Shown here one piece after another: positions 1 to 10,200 of a DNA stretch of 64,000 nucleotides (its first letter is position 1; every line of letters begins with the position of its first letter). The notes beneath the pieces are model-generated. The model saw nothing but the letters and a program-made list of their open reading frames with translations, had not been told where the DNA came from and searched no databases. Location: NCBI GenBank assembly GCA_029560805.1, contig JAKQKE010000250.1, forward strand, positions 529-64,528. Reading direction: 5' to 3'. A program made the translations under genes and the position numbers. This stretch comes from Spirochaetota bacterium. GTDB lineage: Bacteria > Spirochaetota > Spirochaetia > Treponematales > UBA12059.

Positions 1-1139
1 CCGAGGCCAAGCACGAGCATCGTGGCCGTGATGATGAGGAGCTTCGAGTTGCCCAGGTTGAGCCTGGCGTCGACCATGTTCTTGATGCCGATCGACGAGA
101 TCATGCCGAACAGCAAGATCGAGATACCGCCGATGACCGGGCCCGGGATGGTGCCGATCAGCGCGGTGAACTTCGGGATCATCGCGAGCACGATCGCGAA
201 GCAGGCGGCGATGCGCATCACGATCGGGTTCTTGACGCCGGTCAGGGCCACGGCGCCGGTATTCTCCGAGTAGGTCGTGTTGGCCGGTCCGCCGATCAGG
301 GCGGATAGCGAGGTCGCGAGGCCGTCGCCGATCAGCGTGCGGTGGATGCCCGGATCCTTGATGAAGTCCTTGCCGACCACGTTGCCGATCGCGAGCACGT
401 CGCCGAAGTGCTCGACCATCGTCACGATCGCTATGGGCAGCATGATCGAGATGCCCTCGGCCGAGAACTTCGGCAGCGTGAACTTCGGTATGCCTATCCA
501 GGCGGCTTCCTTCACGGAGCTGAAGTCGACGATGCCGATGATGATCGCGAGCAGGTATCCGGTTACCAGAGCTATCAGCACGGGCAGGTTGGACATGAAC
601 TTCCAGCCGAACTTCGGGAACGCCACCTTGACGAAGATGCCCACCGCGAAGGTGAACAGTGCCACCAGCCAGCAGCCGTTGACGCCGATAGCCTCGGCGA
701 TCGCCGGCGAGTTGGTGCCGTTGGCGCTCGCGATCGCGGTAGGGGCGAGTATAAGCCCGATCAGAATGATCATCGGGCCGGTGACCTGTGGCGGCAGTAT
801 CTTGTGCAGGTTGTCGTACGAGACGAATTTGAAGATGATCGCGACCACCACGTACAGGAGGCCAGCCACCACGATGCCGCCGAGCGCGTAGGGCAGGCCC
901 TGGCTGGCGCCTACCGCGGCGATGCCGGGTATGAAGGCGAAGGAGCTACCGAGGAACACCGGCACCTTGAATTTGGTGACGATGTGGAACAGCCAGGTAC
1001 CGATACCGGCGGCGAACAGCGTCACGCCCACGTCGAGGCCCGTCAAGATAGGCACGAGCACGGTCGCCCCGAACATGACGAACGTATGCTGGAGCCCCAT
1101 CACGACGTTCCTGCCGGTCAGATCTTTTTCTTTATCCAC
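1..1139 (-). CDS. NCS2-family nucleobase permease (uracil/xanthine permease type), C-terminal part cut by window edge
   Basis: Absent from the ORF track because there is no stop in the window. My reverse-strand translation from GTG 1139 (AAGGAG 8 nt upstream) reads VDKEKDLTGRNVVMGLQHTFVMFGATVLVPILTG...TMVEHFGD...GGPANTTYSENTGAVALTG...ISILLFGMISSIG and stays open to base 1. These blocks are signature motifs of uracil/xanthine permeases. Plus-strand ORFs 22-273, 277-891, 342-1253 and 922-1167 are antisense shadows. Confidence 0.85.
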   Translation of the reverse strand, partial: MDKEKDLTGRNVVMGLQHTFVMFGATVLVPILTGLDVGVTLFAAGIGTWLFHIVTKFKVPVFLGSSFAFIPGIAAVGASQGLPYALGGIVVAGLLYVVVAIIFKFVSYDNLHKILPPQVTGPMIILIGLILAPTAIASANGTNSPAIAEAIGVNGCWLVALFTFAVGIFVKVAFPKFGWKFMSNLPVLIALVTGYLLAIIIGIVDFSSVKEAAWIGIPKFTLPKFSAEGISIMLPIAIVTMVEHFGDVLAIGNVVGKDFIKDPGIHRTLIGDGLATSLSALIGGPANTTYSENTGAVALTGVKNPIVMRIAACFAIVLAMIPKFTALIGTIPGPVIGGISILLFGMISSIGIKNMVDARLNLGNSKLLIITATMLVLGL

Positions 1140-1282
1140 GGCCCACTCCTTCCACGGGCGGCGATAGGGGTCGTCCGCCCGCGCTCTATCGGCGGTAGCC
1201 TCCCCAGCGGCCGACGGCCGCCTTCCGGGGGGCCCCGCTACGGTCGCCCGTAGGGCTGACCGGTCGGTCCCTGTCCATCGCC

Positions 1283-3718
1283 TCAGCTCCTCGGCCTCGC
1301 TTCCGGCACTGAACGGCACGAGCCTATCGGCGACTTGGTGATCCAGTTGTCGATCGGCTCCTTGTCGCGTATCGCGCGCCAGACGTCCTCGAAGCGCATC
1401 GGCATGTGCGTGATCTCGGCGCCGGTCGCCTTCTGGATGGCGTTGCCGAGGGCCGCGGCCACCGAGATCATCGAGTGCTCGCCGACGCCGCGCGCCCCGT
1501 AGGGGCCGTCCACCTGCGGCGTCTCGACCACGGCGCACTCCACCTCGAGCGGCAGGTCCTTGGCCGTCGGTATCTTGTTGTCGGTGAAGGACGGGTTGAG
1601 GAGGCGGCCCTGCTGGTCATAGATGTAGCCCTCGCAGATCGCGGTGCCGAGGCCCTGCATCATGCCTCCAATCGCCTGCCCGCGGACGATGTCCGGGTTG
1701 ATCGCGCGGCCGACGTCGTAGATGCTGGCTATCTTGAGCACGCGGTACTCGCCGGTCTCTTCGTTCACCTCGACGACCATGCCGTGGGCTCCGAAGGTCC
1801 AGTCGAGGGCCGGGTTGCCCTCGCCGGTCTCCTTATTCAGGTTGGATAGACCCTGGGCGATGTAGCGGCCGACGCCGATCAGCGGTCCGCCGACGCCCGA
1901 ACCGTTCGGCAGAGCGAAGCCGACCGCCATCGACGCGAAACTGACACCCTGGTCGGCGCGGTGCCTCACGAAGACCCTCGTCCCGTCATGGGCCAGGTCG
2001 CGCGGATTGGCGTGGAGTACCTCGGCGGCCACCGCGTAGGCGTTCTTGAGCAGGTCCTCGGCGGCCAGGATGGCGGCGTTGCCCGACAGTAGCAGGCCCT
2101 TGGACGCGACGGTCTGCCAGTCGTAGGGGTCGCGGTCCGTGTCGTTCTCGAAGGCTACCTTGATCTTCTCGATCGGGAAGCCAAGCCGCTCCGCGACGAT
2201 CTGCCGTATCGAGGCGTAGGTGCCCTGGCCGTAGTCGGTCAGGGCCAGGTTGACGAGGACCGAGCCGTCCTCGTTCATCTTGAGCACGACCGCGGTGGCC
2301 GTATACGACGGCATCGCCGGCGCTTTCTGTAGCGCCGCGACGCCCTTGCCTATCTTCCAGCCGGTCTGCTTCTCGCGGGCCTTCTCGGCCTCGGTCAGCT
2401 GGCCGTAGCCGACGCGGCGCGCCGCCTCCTCGATGCACTTTACCACGTCGCCGGTGTGCTCGACGATCTTCTCCCCGGTCAGGGTGACGGAGCCCGGCCT
2501 CAGCGCGTTCTTCAGACGGAACGCGAGCGGGTCCATGCCGATCGCGGTCGCCACCAGCTCCATATGGCGCTCGACGGCCCAATGGAATTCGACGTGGCCG
2601 AAGCCACGGTAGGCGGTACCGTAGGGTTTGTTCGTGTAGATCGTGTAGGCGTCGATCCATGCGTTCGGTATTTCGTATGGACCGGACGCCGAGTAGCCGG
2701 AGGCCCTCGTCACGTTGACGGCGTAGTCCGCATAGGCACCCGAGTCCCAGTACATGGTCATGTGCTGGGCGAGGATCTTGCCCTCGGCGGACACGCCGGT
2801 CTTGATACGGTAGGTGAGCGCTGAACGGCAGGGCAGGAGGCTGAACTCCTCCTCGCGGCTGGCCTGGAACTTGACAGGCTTGCCGCCCGCCTTGCGCGAC
2901 AGTACAGCGCAGAGTGGCTCGACGCCGATGCCGGCCTTCCCGCCGAAGCCGCCGCCGACGTAGGGGATCTGCACGCGCACGTTGATGTGCGGTAGCCCGA
3001 AGGCGTGGCAGAACAGGTTCCGCACGGTGAACGGCGACTGGGCGCTCGTCCAGATCGATACCTTGTCTCCCCGGCCCCACTGCACGATGGCTACGTGCGT
3101 CTCCATCGGCACGTGCTGCACCGACGGGCAGGAATACTCCCTCTCGACGACGTAGGTCGACTCGGCGAAGCCCTTCTCGACGTCGCCTTTGCGCAGCTTG
3201 GTATGGTTGGCGATGTTCGTGCCCGGCTTGGGCGTGAAGACGGCCTCGATGTACGAGTACGTGCCCAGGTCCGGATGGACCAGCGGCGCGTCCGGCTTGA
3301 GCGCGTCCATGTGGTGGAGCACCGGGGCCAGGGGCTCGTAGTCGACCTCGATCGCCTCGACCGCCGCCCGGGCCTGCTCGATGGTCTCGGCGGCGACGGC
3401 CGCCACGGCCTCGCCGTAGTGCCTGACCTCGCCCTTGGCCAGGATATACTTGTCGACGATATACAGGCCGATGTGGTAGTCGAGCTCGTCGCCGGTGACG
3501 ACGGCCCGGACGCCCGGCATCGCCGCGGCCTTGGAGACGTCTACGCCCTTGATGCGCGCGCGCGCGTAGGGGCTCTTCTTGAGCTGCACGTGGAGCATAC
3601 CCGGCAGAGACATGTCGCTGACGAAGGTGGCCTCCCCGGTCAGCTTCTCGAGCATGTCCGGCCGTCCGGCCTTCTTGCCGACGTACTCGAGGTCGTCGGG
3701 GCTCATATCGTCAAACAT
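1283..3718 (-). CDS. xanthine dehydrogenase / aldehyde oxidase family, molybdopterin-binding large subunit
   Basis: ORF 1283-3772. Start moved to ATG 3718 (MFDDMSPDDLEYVGK), which overlaps the upstream stop (ATGTTTGA). Family blocks are present: PYVGGGFGGKAG, WTSAQSPF, DYGQGTYA, GARGVGEHS. It is third in a FAD / 2Fe-2S / Moco gene order. Confidence 0.85.
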   Translation of the reverse strand: MFDDMSPDDLEYVGKKAGRPDMLEKLTGEATFVSDMSLPGMLHVQLKKSPYARARIKGVDVSKAAAMPGVRAVVTGDELDYHIGLYIVDKYILAKGEVRHYGEAVAAVAAETIEQARAAVEAIEVDYEPLAPVLHHMDALKPDAPLVHPDLGTYSYIEAVFTPKPGTNIANHTKLRKGDVEKGFAESTYVVEREYSCPSVQHVPMETHVAIVQWGRGDKVSIWTSAQSPFTVRNLFCHAFGLPHINVRVQIPYVGGGFGGKAGIGVEPLCAVLSRKAGGKPVKFQASREEEFSLLPCRSALTYRIKTGVSAEGKILAQHMTMYWDSGAYADYAVNVTRASGYSASGPYEIPNAWIDAYTIYTNKPYGTAYRGFGHVEFHWAVERHMELVATAIGMDPLAFRLKNALRPGSVTLTGEKIVEHTGDVVKCIEEAARRVGYGQLTEAEKAREKQTGWKIGKGVAALQKAPAMPSYTATAVVLKMNEDGSVLVNLALTDYGQGTYASIRQIVAERLGFPIEKIKVAFENDTDRDPYDWQTVASKGLLLSGNAAILAAEDLLKNAYAVAAEVLHANPRDLAHDGTRVFVRHRADQGVSFASMAVGFALPNGSGVGGPLIGVGRYIAQGLSNLNKETGEGNPALDWTFGAHGMVVEVNEETGEYRVLKIASIYDVGRAINPDIVRGQAIGGMMQGLGTAICEGYIYDQQGRLLNPSFTDNKIPTAKDLPLEVECAVVETPQVDGPYGARGVGEHSMISVAAALGNAIQKATGAEITHMPMRFEDVWRAIRDKEPIDNWITKSPIGSCRSVPEARPRS

Positions 3719-4196
3719 GCTCGAGCTCTCCCTTCTTCTCGGGGCTACCCGTAAGGTCGAGCACCGCCTCAACGATCTGGGTATAACCGGTACACCGGCA
3801 GAAGTTGCCCTCGATGGCCTCTTTGACCTGGTCGGCGCTCGGCTTCGGGTGTTCGGCGAGCAACTCCTTGACCGACATAACCATGCCGGCCGTGCAGAAG
3901 CCGCACTGGACGGCGTGGTTGCGTTCGAAAGCCCGCTGTATATCGGAGAGCGACGGTCCCTCGGCCTCGCCTTCTATCGTCCGTATCGACGCCCCGTCCG
4001 CCTCGACGGCGAGCACCATGCAGGAGTTGACCGCTCGGCCGTTCATGATGACGGTGCAGGCGCCGCACTCGCCCATGCCGCAGCCTTCCTTGGTGCCCAT
4101 GAGACCGAGATCCTCGCGGAGGAAACGGAGCAGCGTTTTGTGCTCTATGCAGTCGCGCTCGTAGATGAGCCCGTTGACCGTAAGCTTGATTCTCAT
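3711..4196 (-). CDS. [2Fe-2S]-binding small subunit of the molybdo-flavoenzyme (CoxS-type)
   Basis: ORF 3711-4229. Start at ATG 4196 (MRIKLTVNG), 1 nt after the upstream stop. Two Fe-S cysteine clusters are present: CGMGECGACTV and QCGFCTAG...CRCTGY. Confidence 0.85.
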   Translation of the reverse strand: MRIKLTVNGLIYERDCIEHKTLLRFLREDLGLMGTKEGCGMGECGACTVIMNGRAVNSCMVLAVEADGASIRTIEGEAEGPSLSDIQRAFERNHAVQCGFCTAGMVMSVKELLAEHPKPSADQVKEAIEGNFCRCTGYTQIVEAVLDLTGSPEKKGELEHV

Positions 4197-4197
4197 A

Positions 4198-5010
4198 TCA
4201 CTCAACCTCCGTGAACAGGCGCCGGGCATAGACGCCTATCATGTGCTCGCGGTACTCCTTGGTGCCGCGAACGTCGCTGATCGGCGATACAGCGGCGAGC
4301 ACCTTGCGTACGGCCTCGTCCGCCGAGTCTTTCTCCGTGACCGAGTCGACGAGGACCGGCGTCGGGGCGGCCGAGCTGACGGCGAAGCGTAGCTCGCCGT
4401 CGCGCCTGGTCATAAGGACGCCGACGATGCCGAGGTCGTGGCCGGCGATGCGCTTGAGCTTGAGATAGCGGCCGCGAGCCCCGGCGGCTTCTGCCGGAAC
4501 CATGATGCACGATACGAATTCGCCCGGCGCGAGCACGGTCTTCTTGACGCCCGCGAAGAACTGCGAGAATGGCACGACGCGCTCGCCGGTAGCCGAGCGT
4601 ATCGTCGCCTTGGCTCCCAGGCAGAGCAGGGCGGGAGCCATGTCGGAGCATGGCGAGGCGTTGACCACATTACCAGCCACGGTAGCGCGGTTGCGTATCT
4701 GGTGGCTGGCGAGCTCGTGAGCGCAGTCGCATAGAACCGGATAGCGCTCGCGCGCTTCCTTGCAGCGCAGGATGTCGTTGATGGTGACCGCCGGGCCGAT
4801 CGATAAGCCGTCGGCTCCGTACGACAGCCTGTCGGCGCCGCTATACTTCTTAAGATCGATGACGACCTTCGGTTTCATGACGCCGTTACGGATACCGGGG
4901 ATGAGGTCGGTCCCCCCCGCCAAGAGCTTGCCGTCTTCCTTATGGCCATCGAGCACCGCGGCCAGTTCCGCCGCCGTCCTAGGGGCCAAGTACCTGAACT
5001 CGTAGACCAT
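4198..5010 (-). CDS. FAD-binding subunit of the molybdo-flavoenzyme (CoxM/XdhB-type)
   Basis: ORF 4198-5043, whose track start is a TTG. I prefer ATG 5010 (MVYEFRYLAP), with AAAGG 9 nt upstream. The LLAGGTDLIPGIRNG FAD-binding block is present. First gene of the operon. Confidence 0.8.
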   Translation of the reverse strand: MVYEFRYLAPRTAAELAAVLDGHKEDGKLLAGGTDLIPGIRNGVMKPKVVIDLKKYSGADRLSYGADGLSIGPAVTINDILRCKEARERYPVLCDCAHELASHQIRNRATVAGNVVNASPCSDMAPALLCLGAKATIRSATGERVVPFSQFFAGVKKTVLAPGEFVSCIMVPAEAAGARGRYLKLKRIAGHDLGIVGVLMTRRDGELRFAVSSAAPTPVLVDSVTEKDSADEAVRKVLAAVSPISDVRGTKEYREHMIGVYARRLFTEVE

Positions 5011-5040
5011 GTGTGCTGCCTTTCGAGCGTATTCACGAAA

Positions 5041-5068
5041 CAAAAACCCGGATCATACGAACCGGGCT
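5041..5068 (-). promoter_or_regulatory. hairpin plus U-tract inside the 5' leader of the dehydrogenase operon (possible attenuator)
   Basis: The minus strand reads AGCCCGG-UUCGUAUGAU-CCGGGUUUUUGUUU, 30 nt upstream of ATG 5010. It lies downstream of a weak TTGACA-N18-TTAACT promoter candidate (5128-5099, minus). The stem is short (5-7 bp). Confidence 0.3.
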
Positions 5069-5179
5069 TCTAGAAGGAAATGCTACTGACTCGACTAAAG
5101 TTAAGACACCGATCCAGCGAGGTGTCAAGTAAAATGTACTCCGGGCGGCGGACCGGCCGCCTAGGCGGCTCGTGTCGGC

Positions 5180-6169
5180 TTGTGGTCGAAACGGTTTCAT
5201 GAGACAATCGGGCCGATGGTCTCGTTCCCTATCGATACCGAGGGCGGCCCCCAGGTCGTCCTGGAGCTCATCTATCGCCTCAAGGTCAAGGACGTGATGA
5301 TGCGCGACGTCATCACCGCCTCCGCCTCGTCGAGCCTGCGCGACATCCAGCTAGCCATGCGGGACCGCGGCATCACGGGGGTGCCCATCGTCGACGGCGA
5401 CAGGCTGCTCGGCATCGTGTCCATCGGGGACGTCATCCAGGCCCTCGACGGCGGCTGGATACACGAGCTCGCGTCCGAGCGCATGAGCACCTCGCTCATC
5501 GTGCTCGAGGACGATATGCCGCTGTCGTTCGCCATTACCTACTTCAACCGCTACGGCTACCGGCGCTTTCCCGTACTCGATAAGAACGCCTCGCTCGTCG
5601 GCATCGTCACCGCGGCGGATGTGCTGCGCGCGCTGCTCATAGAGATGAATCGCGAGGTCGAGAAGCTCGAGGAGGGGCTGGCCGGCCGGGCGGCGGCGGC
5701 GAGGGACGCCGCCGCTACGGCGACGGCCCCCGGGGGCGAGGCCGGCCTGACGATGAGCTTCGTCTCGCGGCGCTTCGATTTCGAGAACGCCGGCAAGGCC
5801 TCCGCCGAGCTCAAGAAGGCGCTCAGGGGGCTCGGCGTCGATGCCGCGTCGATACGACGGGCCGCCATCGTCAGCTACGAGCTGGAGATGAACCAGGTCA
5901 TCCATTCCGACGGCGGCGTCATGGAATTCTGCGCGGCGCAGGACTCGGTCAGGATAGTGGCACGGGATGAGGGACCGGGGATAGCGGACGTCGAGGCCGC
6001 CCTGACCGAGGGCTACTCCACGGCCAACGAGTGGATACGTTCGCTCGGCTTCGGCGCGGGCCTGGGCCTGCCGAACGCCAAGCGATCATCGGACGAATTC
6101 GAGCTTTCATCGAGGGTTGGCGCGGGGACGACCGTGCTCGCCGTCGTCAAGTATCAGGAGCGATCATGA
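5180..6169 (+). CDS. CBS-pair protein fused to an RsbW/SpoIIAB-like HATPase_c (anti-sigma-type Ser/Thr kinase) domain
   Basis: ORF 5180-6169; the start is uncertain (TTG 5180 or ATG 5216). It has two CBS repeats (VKDVMMRDVIT...GVPIVDGDRLLGIVSIGDV and RFPVLDKNASLVGIVTAADV). It also has a C-terminal ATPase block, RIVARDEGPGIADVE...GFGAGLGLPN...GAGTTV. Confidence 0.75.
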   Translation: MWSKRFHETIGPMVSFPIDTEGGPQVVLELIYRLKVKDVMMRDVITASASSSLRDIQLAMRDRGITGVPIVDGDRLLGIVSIGDVIQALDGGWIHELASERMSTSLIVLEDDMPLSFAITYFNRYGYRRFPVLDKNASLVGIVTAADVLRALLIEMNREVEKLEEGLAGRAAAARDAAATATAPGGEAGLTMSFVSRRFDFENAGKASAELKKALRGLGVDAASIRRAAIVSYELEMNQVIHSDGGVMEFCAAQDSVRIVARDEGPGIADVEAALTEGYSTANEWIRSLGFGAGLGLPNAKRSSDEFELSSRVGAGTTVLAVVKYQERS

Positions 6170-6498
6170 AGGTAAGCGATCTATCGACGCGCCTCGGTTT
6201 CGAGGCCATCTACGCGCCGGCCGGGGATGCCGACGTCAATGACGGCTACGCGTCCGACCTCTTGTCGGACGTCATGGCCAAGGCCGGGGACGGCTCGGTG
6301 CTCATCACCATACAGGCGCATAAGAATACCGTCGCGGTCGCCTCGTTGATCGGCATCCCGGCCGTCATCATCTGCAACGACCGTCCGGTGCCGAGCGACA
6401 TGATCGAGGCCGCCGAGGCCGAGGGCGTCGCCCTGCTCAGGACGCCCAAGACGCAGTTCGAGGTCGCCGGGACGCTCTATCCGGAGCTGCGGGGCTAG
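6166..6498 (+). CDS. DRTGG-domain protein
   Basis: Internal ATG 6166 of ORF 6031-6498 overlaps the upstream stop (ATGA). The sequence MKVSDL...YASDLLSDVMAKAGDGSVLITIQAHKNTVAVASLIGIPAVIICNDRPV matches my memory of DRTGG proteins (110 aa). Confidence 0.7.
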   Translation: MKVSDLSTRLGFEAIYAPAGDADVNDGYASDLLSDVMAKAGDGSVLITIQAHKNTVAVASLIGIPAVIICNDRPVPSDMIEAAEAEGVALLRTPKTQFEVAGTLYPELRG

Positions 6499-6518
6499 GT
6501 TCGGCCCGGCCCCCCGGC

Positions 6519-7253
6519 ATGTTCGTCGCCTGCGACTTCCATAACCACTCGTGCCTATCGCCGTGCGGTAGCCTGGAGCAGTCGCCGGCGCTACTGGCCA
6601 GGCTGGCCCGCGAGCGCGGTCTGGGCCTCGTCGCACTGACCGACCATAACAGCGCCTTGAACGCTCCGGCCTTCGCCGAGTGCGCCGCCAGGGAAGGCGT
6701 CGCCGCGCTCTACGGCATGGAGGCCACGAGCGCCGAGGAGGTGCATGTGCTCTGCCTGTTCGCCGAGGTGGGAGCCGCCCTCGATTTCGGGCGCTTCATC
6801 GAGGCGCGCTTGCCGCGTTTGCCCTATGATCCGGGTAAGCTAGGCGACCAGGTGGTGGTCGATGCGGATGAGAACGTACTCGACCTGCCCGAGTTGTACT
6901 TCGGCGCGGCCCTCGAGCTCGATTATGGCGAGCTGTGCGAGTCGGCCGCCGAGCGAGGCGCCCTCGTCATCCCCGCGCATATCGACCGCCCTATGTTCGG
7001 CGCCATATCGCAGCTCGGCTTCCTGCCCGACGGCCCGTACGCGGCGGTCGAGGCGGTCAGGCCACTGCCCGACGGGGCGGCCAGAGGCTACACGGTCATA
7101 ACCGGCTCGGACGCCCATTATCCCGAGCACGTGGCGCGGCGCCCCTTCGGGCTCGAGCTGGCCGACGGCTGGGCCTCCGGCGGCAAGGTCGACCTCGAGG
7201 CCGTCCGCGTCGCGCTGGCCGAGGGGCGGGTGCGCCTGCCGTTCGCCACATGA
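6519..7253 (+). CDS. PHP-family metal-dependent phosphoesterase
   Basis: ORF 6519-7253. N-terminal CDFHNHSCLSPCG and LTDHNS, plus IPAHIDRP and TGSDAHYPEH, are PHP-domain His/Asp motifs. Confidence 0.75.
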   Translation: MFVACDFHNHSCLSPCGSLEQSPALLARLARERGLGLVALTDHNSALNAPAFAECAAREGVAALYGMEATSAEEVHVLCLFAEVGAALDFGRFIEARLPRLPYDPGKLGDQVVVDADENVLDLPELYFGAALELDYGELCESAAERGALVIPAHIDRPMFGAISQLGFLPDGPYAAVEAVRPLPDGAARGYTVITGSDAHYPEHVARRPFGLELADGWASGGKVDLEAVRVALAEGRVRLPFAT

Positions 7254-10200
7254 GGCCGACGGCGGTGATGGTGCGCGCACGGGGCGGCGCGGTCGCGGTG
7301 ATCGCTGTCGCGCTCCTCTCGCTCGCGCCTATCGTCGGCCGTGCTGCCGCGCTCGGCGCCGTCGACCTCGACGACGCTACGGTCCTGGCCGCTCCCCCGC
7401 CGCGCGTCGCGGGCAGCGAGGCCGACTATACCCGCGTCCTGGTTGACGACGAGGCCTCGCTGTCGGATCGCCTGCTGGTGCACGTCGAGGGGCCGAGGGG
7501 CCTGCCCCTGACCGCGTTCACGGCCGAACCTGATCGGACGCTGTTCTCGCGGCTGCCCGAGAGCGGTAGGCGAGGCGTCTGGAACGCCCTACGCGAGGAG
7601 CCGCTCGCCTCGTCGACTCTGTGGCTATGCTTCAGGCTCGATAATCGCTCGCCGTGCGCGGCGTGGGCCCTCGTCGTCGAAGGCGCCGGCTTCAAGCCTC
7701 TGGCGATGGTCATCGTCGGGGGCGACGGCGGTATCCAGCATTACGGCGGCGAGTCCCTCGACGCCCTGCGCATGGGGACGAGTCTGGCCGACCTGTCGGC
7801 GTACGCGCTAAACGTACCGCCGGAATCGGAGCGGACCGTCTACCTGCGCCTGTCCGAGGGCTCGCTCTTCGGCCCCGGCTTCGGCGTATGGTCGCACGGG
7901 CTCTTCCTGGAGCGGTCCGAGGCCAGGCTCGGCCTGATGAGCGGCATAGCCGGCTTCGCCGTAGCCGCCTGCGTGTTCTACCTGCTCTTGTCGTCGCGCG
8001 GCTGGCCCGTTCCATATTCCGGTGGCGTCCGTCGCGCCGACCAGGCGCTCTCCTACGCCATGCCGACCGCCGCCTGCGGCTCGCTGCTGCTCAGCCTGAC
8101 CGGCGGCGGGGTTCGGCATGCCCTGGCCCTGATACTCGGCGCGGCGGCCGCGGCGATGGAGTGCGTCCTGGCGGCGAGAAGGATTTCCACTTCGCCTCTG
8201 GACGACGGGCTCGGCGCTCGTCGAGTCGCGGCGGCCATAGCGACCAGGGCGCTTGCCGCCCTAGCCTTCGCGGCCGTCATAGCCTTCGGATCGCAACGAC
8301 TGGCCTCGCTGGCCCTTCCGACTTGGTTGGCGCTTGCCGTCAGCCTGGCGGCCGGCGAGAGGCTGTCGGCCATCGCCACGCGGTCCCGCGCCTCGCATGC
8401 CGAGTCGAAGCGGCTCCTGGCGAGGCTGGAATCGGAGACGAGGGGCGGCGTCGACTTCATGACGGCGACGGCGGCCGCGCTACGTGGACCCCTCCACGGT
8501 ATGATGGGCATGCTCGAGGATCTTGAAGCCCTGGTCCAGGACGCTCCGTTACCGTCCCGGGCCGCATCGGACCTAGCCATCGCTCGAGCCGAGGCGGCTC
8601 GCCTTGATATACTCGTATCGAATATCCTCAGCTACTCGGGTCTGGGCCCGAACAGGCTGGCGGACGAGAACCTCGACTTGGCTTCCGTGGCTCGGTCCGC
8701 GGCGAGTCTCCTTCGCGTTTCCATCGCCGGCAAAGGCGTCCGAGTCGCCGTCGACGCGCCCGTCGTGGAGATACGCGGAGACATAGGCGTGGCCCACCGC
8801 CTGCTCTATACGGCGATGAGTCACGCCTCGAGGATAACCGGCGCCTCGCTGGTCAGGGTCTCGGCTTCTTCCGACGAGAGTCGGGTACGGGTCTACGTGG
8901 AGGACGACGGCGGAGCGCTCGACTCGCCATCGGGGACCGTCGTCGATAAGGGCCAAGAGCGCATCGAGCTCGATATCGACGCGGTCGTGTTGGGCCGGCT
9001 CGCGGGCCTGCTCGGCGGCACCTACCGCTTCGAGCGGCAATCCGGCATGAACGTACGCGTGTTCGACCTGCCCCGCCTCGCTCCGCCCGGCCCCGCGGAC
9101 TCGAGGCCGCGCGCCATGTCGGAGTTCCCATCCTCGGACGACGACGGGTCGGGCGGGCCGGCCCGTCCGGCGGGGCGGGTGCTCGTCGCGGGGAACGAAC
9201 CGGTCGCTCTCCTGTCGATCAAGCGTCGGCTCGAGGCCTCGGGCTGGTCGGTGCACGCTACCGTGTCATCCGCCGACGCGCTCGATAGGGCGCTCGGAAG
9301 GCCTCCGGCTCGGGCCGCCGCCGCCCAGCCCTACGACATCGTCATCATAGATTCGGCCATGCCGGGCATGAGCGGCTTCGAATTCTGCGAGTCGGTGCGC
9401 CGCAGCAAGTCGCCCGAGGCGCTCCCCATCGTCGTCCTACTCGAGCCGGGTCGGGTCGACGAGGTGGAGCGGGCCTTCCGCGCCGGCGCGAACGACTATA
9501 TCGTTCGCCCGGCCTCGGGCCTCGAACTGGCCGCCAGGGTCAAGACCCTTGTCGACCTGTCGTCGAGCGTCAAGCGCGAGCTGCGGCAGGCCACCCGCCT
9601 GGCCGAATTCGACAAGTACCGAACCCTGGCTATGCTGTCGGCCGGCGTGGCGCACGAGATCAATACGCCGAATAACGCGGTCCTGCGCACCGTACCCATG
9701 CTCAAGGAGATATGGAGCGGCATCGAGCCGGCCGTCGAGCGTCTGAGCCTCGAGGAGGGCGGCTTTAGCCTGGGCGGCTTCGACTACGACGACCTCCGGC
9801 GCGATGTGCCCGACATGCTCAACGACCTGTATATGGGCGCGCAGGATATTAAAAAGATAGTCGAGGGCCTCAAGGATTACGCCAGGGCCCCGTCAGAGAG
9901 CGCCAGCCTGGCGGTCGTCGACGCCAACGAGGCCATTCGCTACGCCGCGCGCCTGCTCAAGCATACGATAGCCGTATCCACCGATCGCTTCTCGATGACG
10001 CTGTCCGAGAACCTGCCCAAGGTCAAGGCGGACAGGCTCAAGCTGACCCAAGTGCTCGTCAACGTGCTCGAGAACGCCCTCCAGGCCATCTCGAGCAGGT
10101 CGGACGGCGTCTCGGTGGTCAGCGAACCGATCGACGACCTCGAGCTCGGCCGCTCCGTAGCCATCCGCATCGCCGACGAGGGCGCCGGCATGGACCCGGA

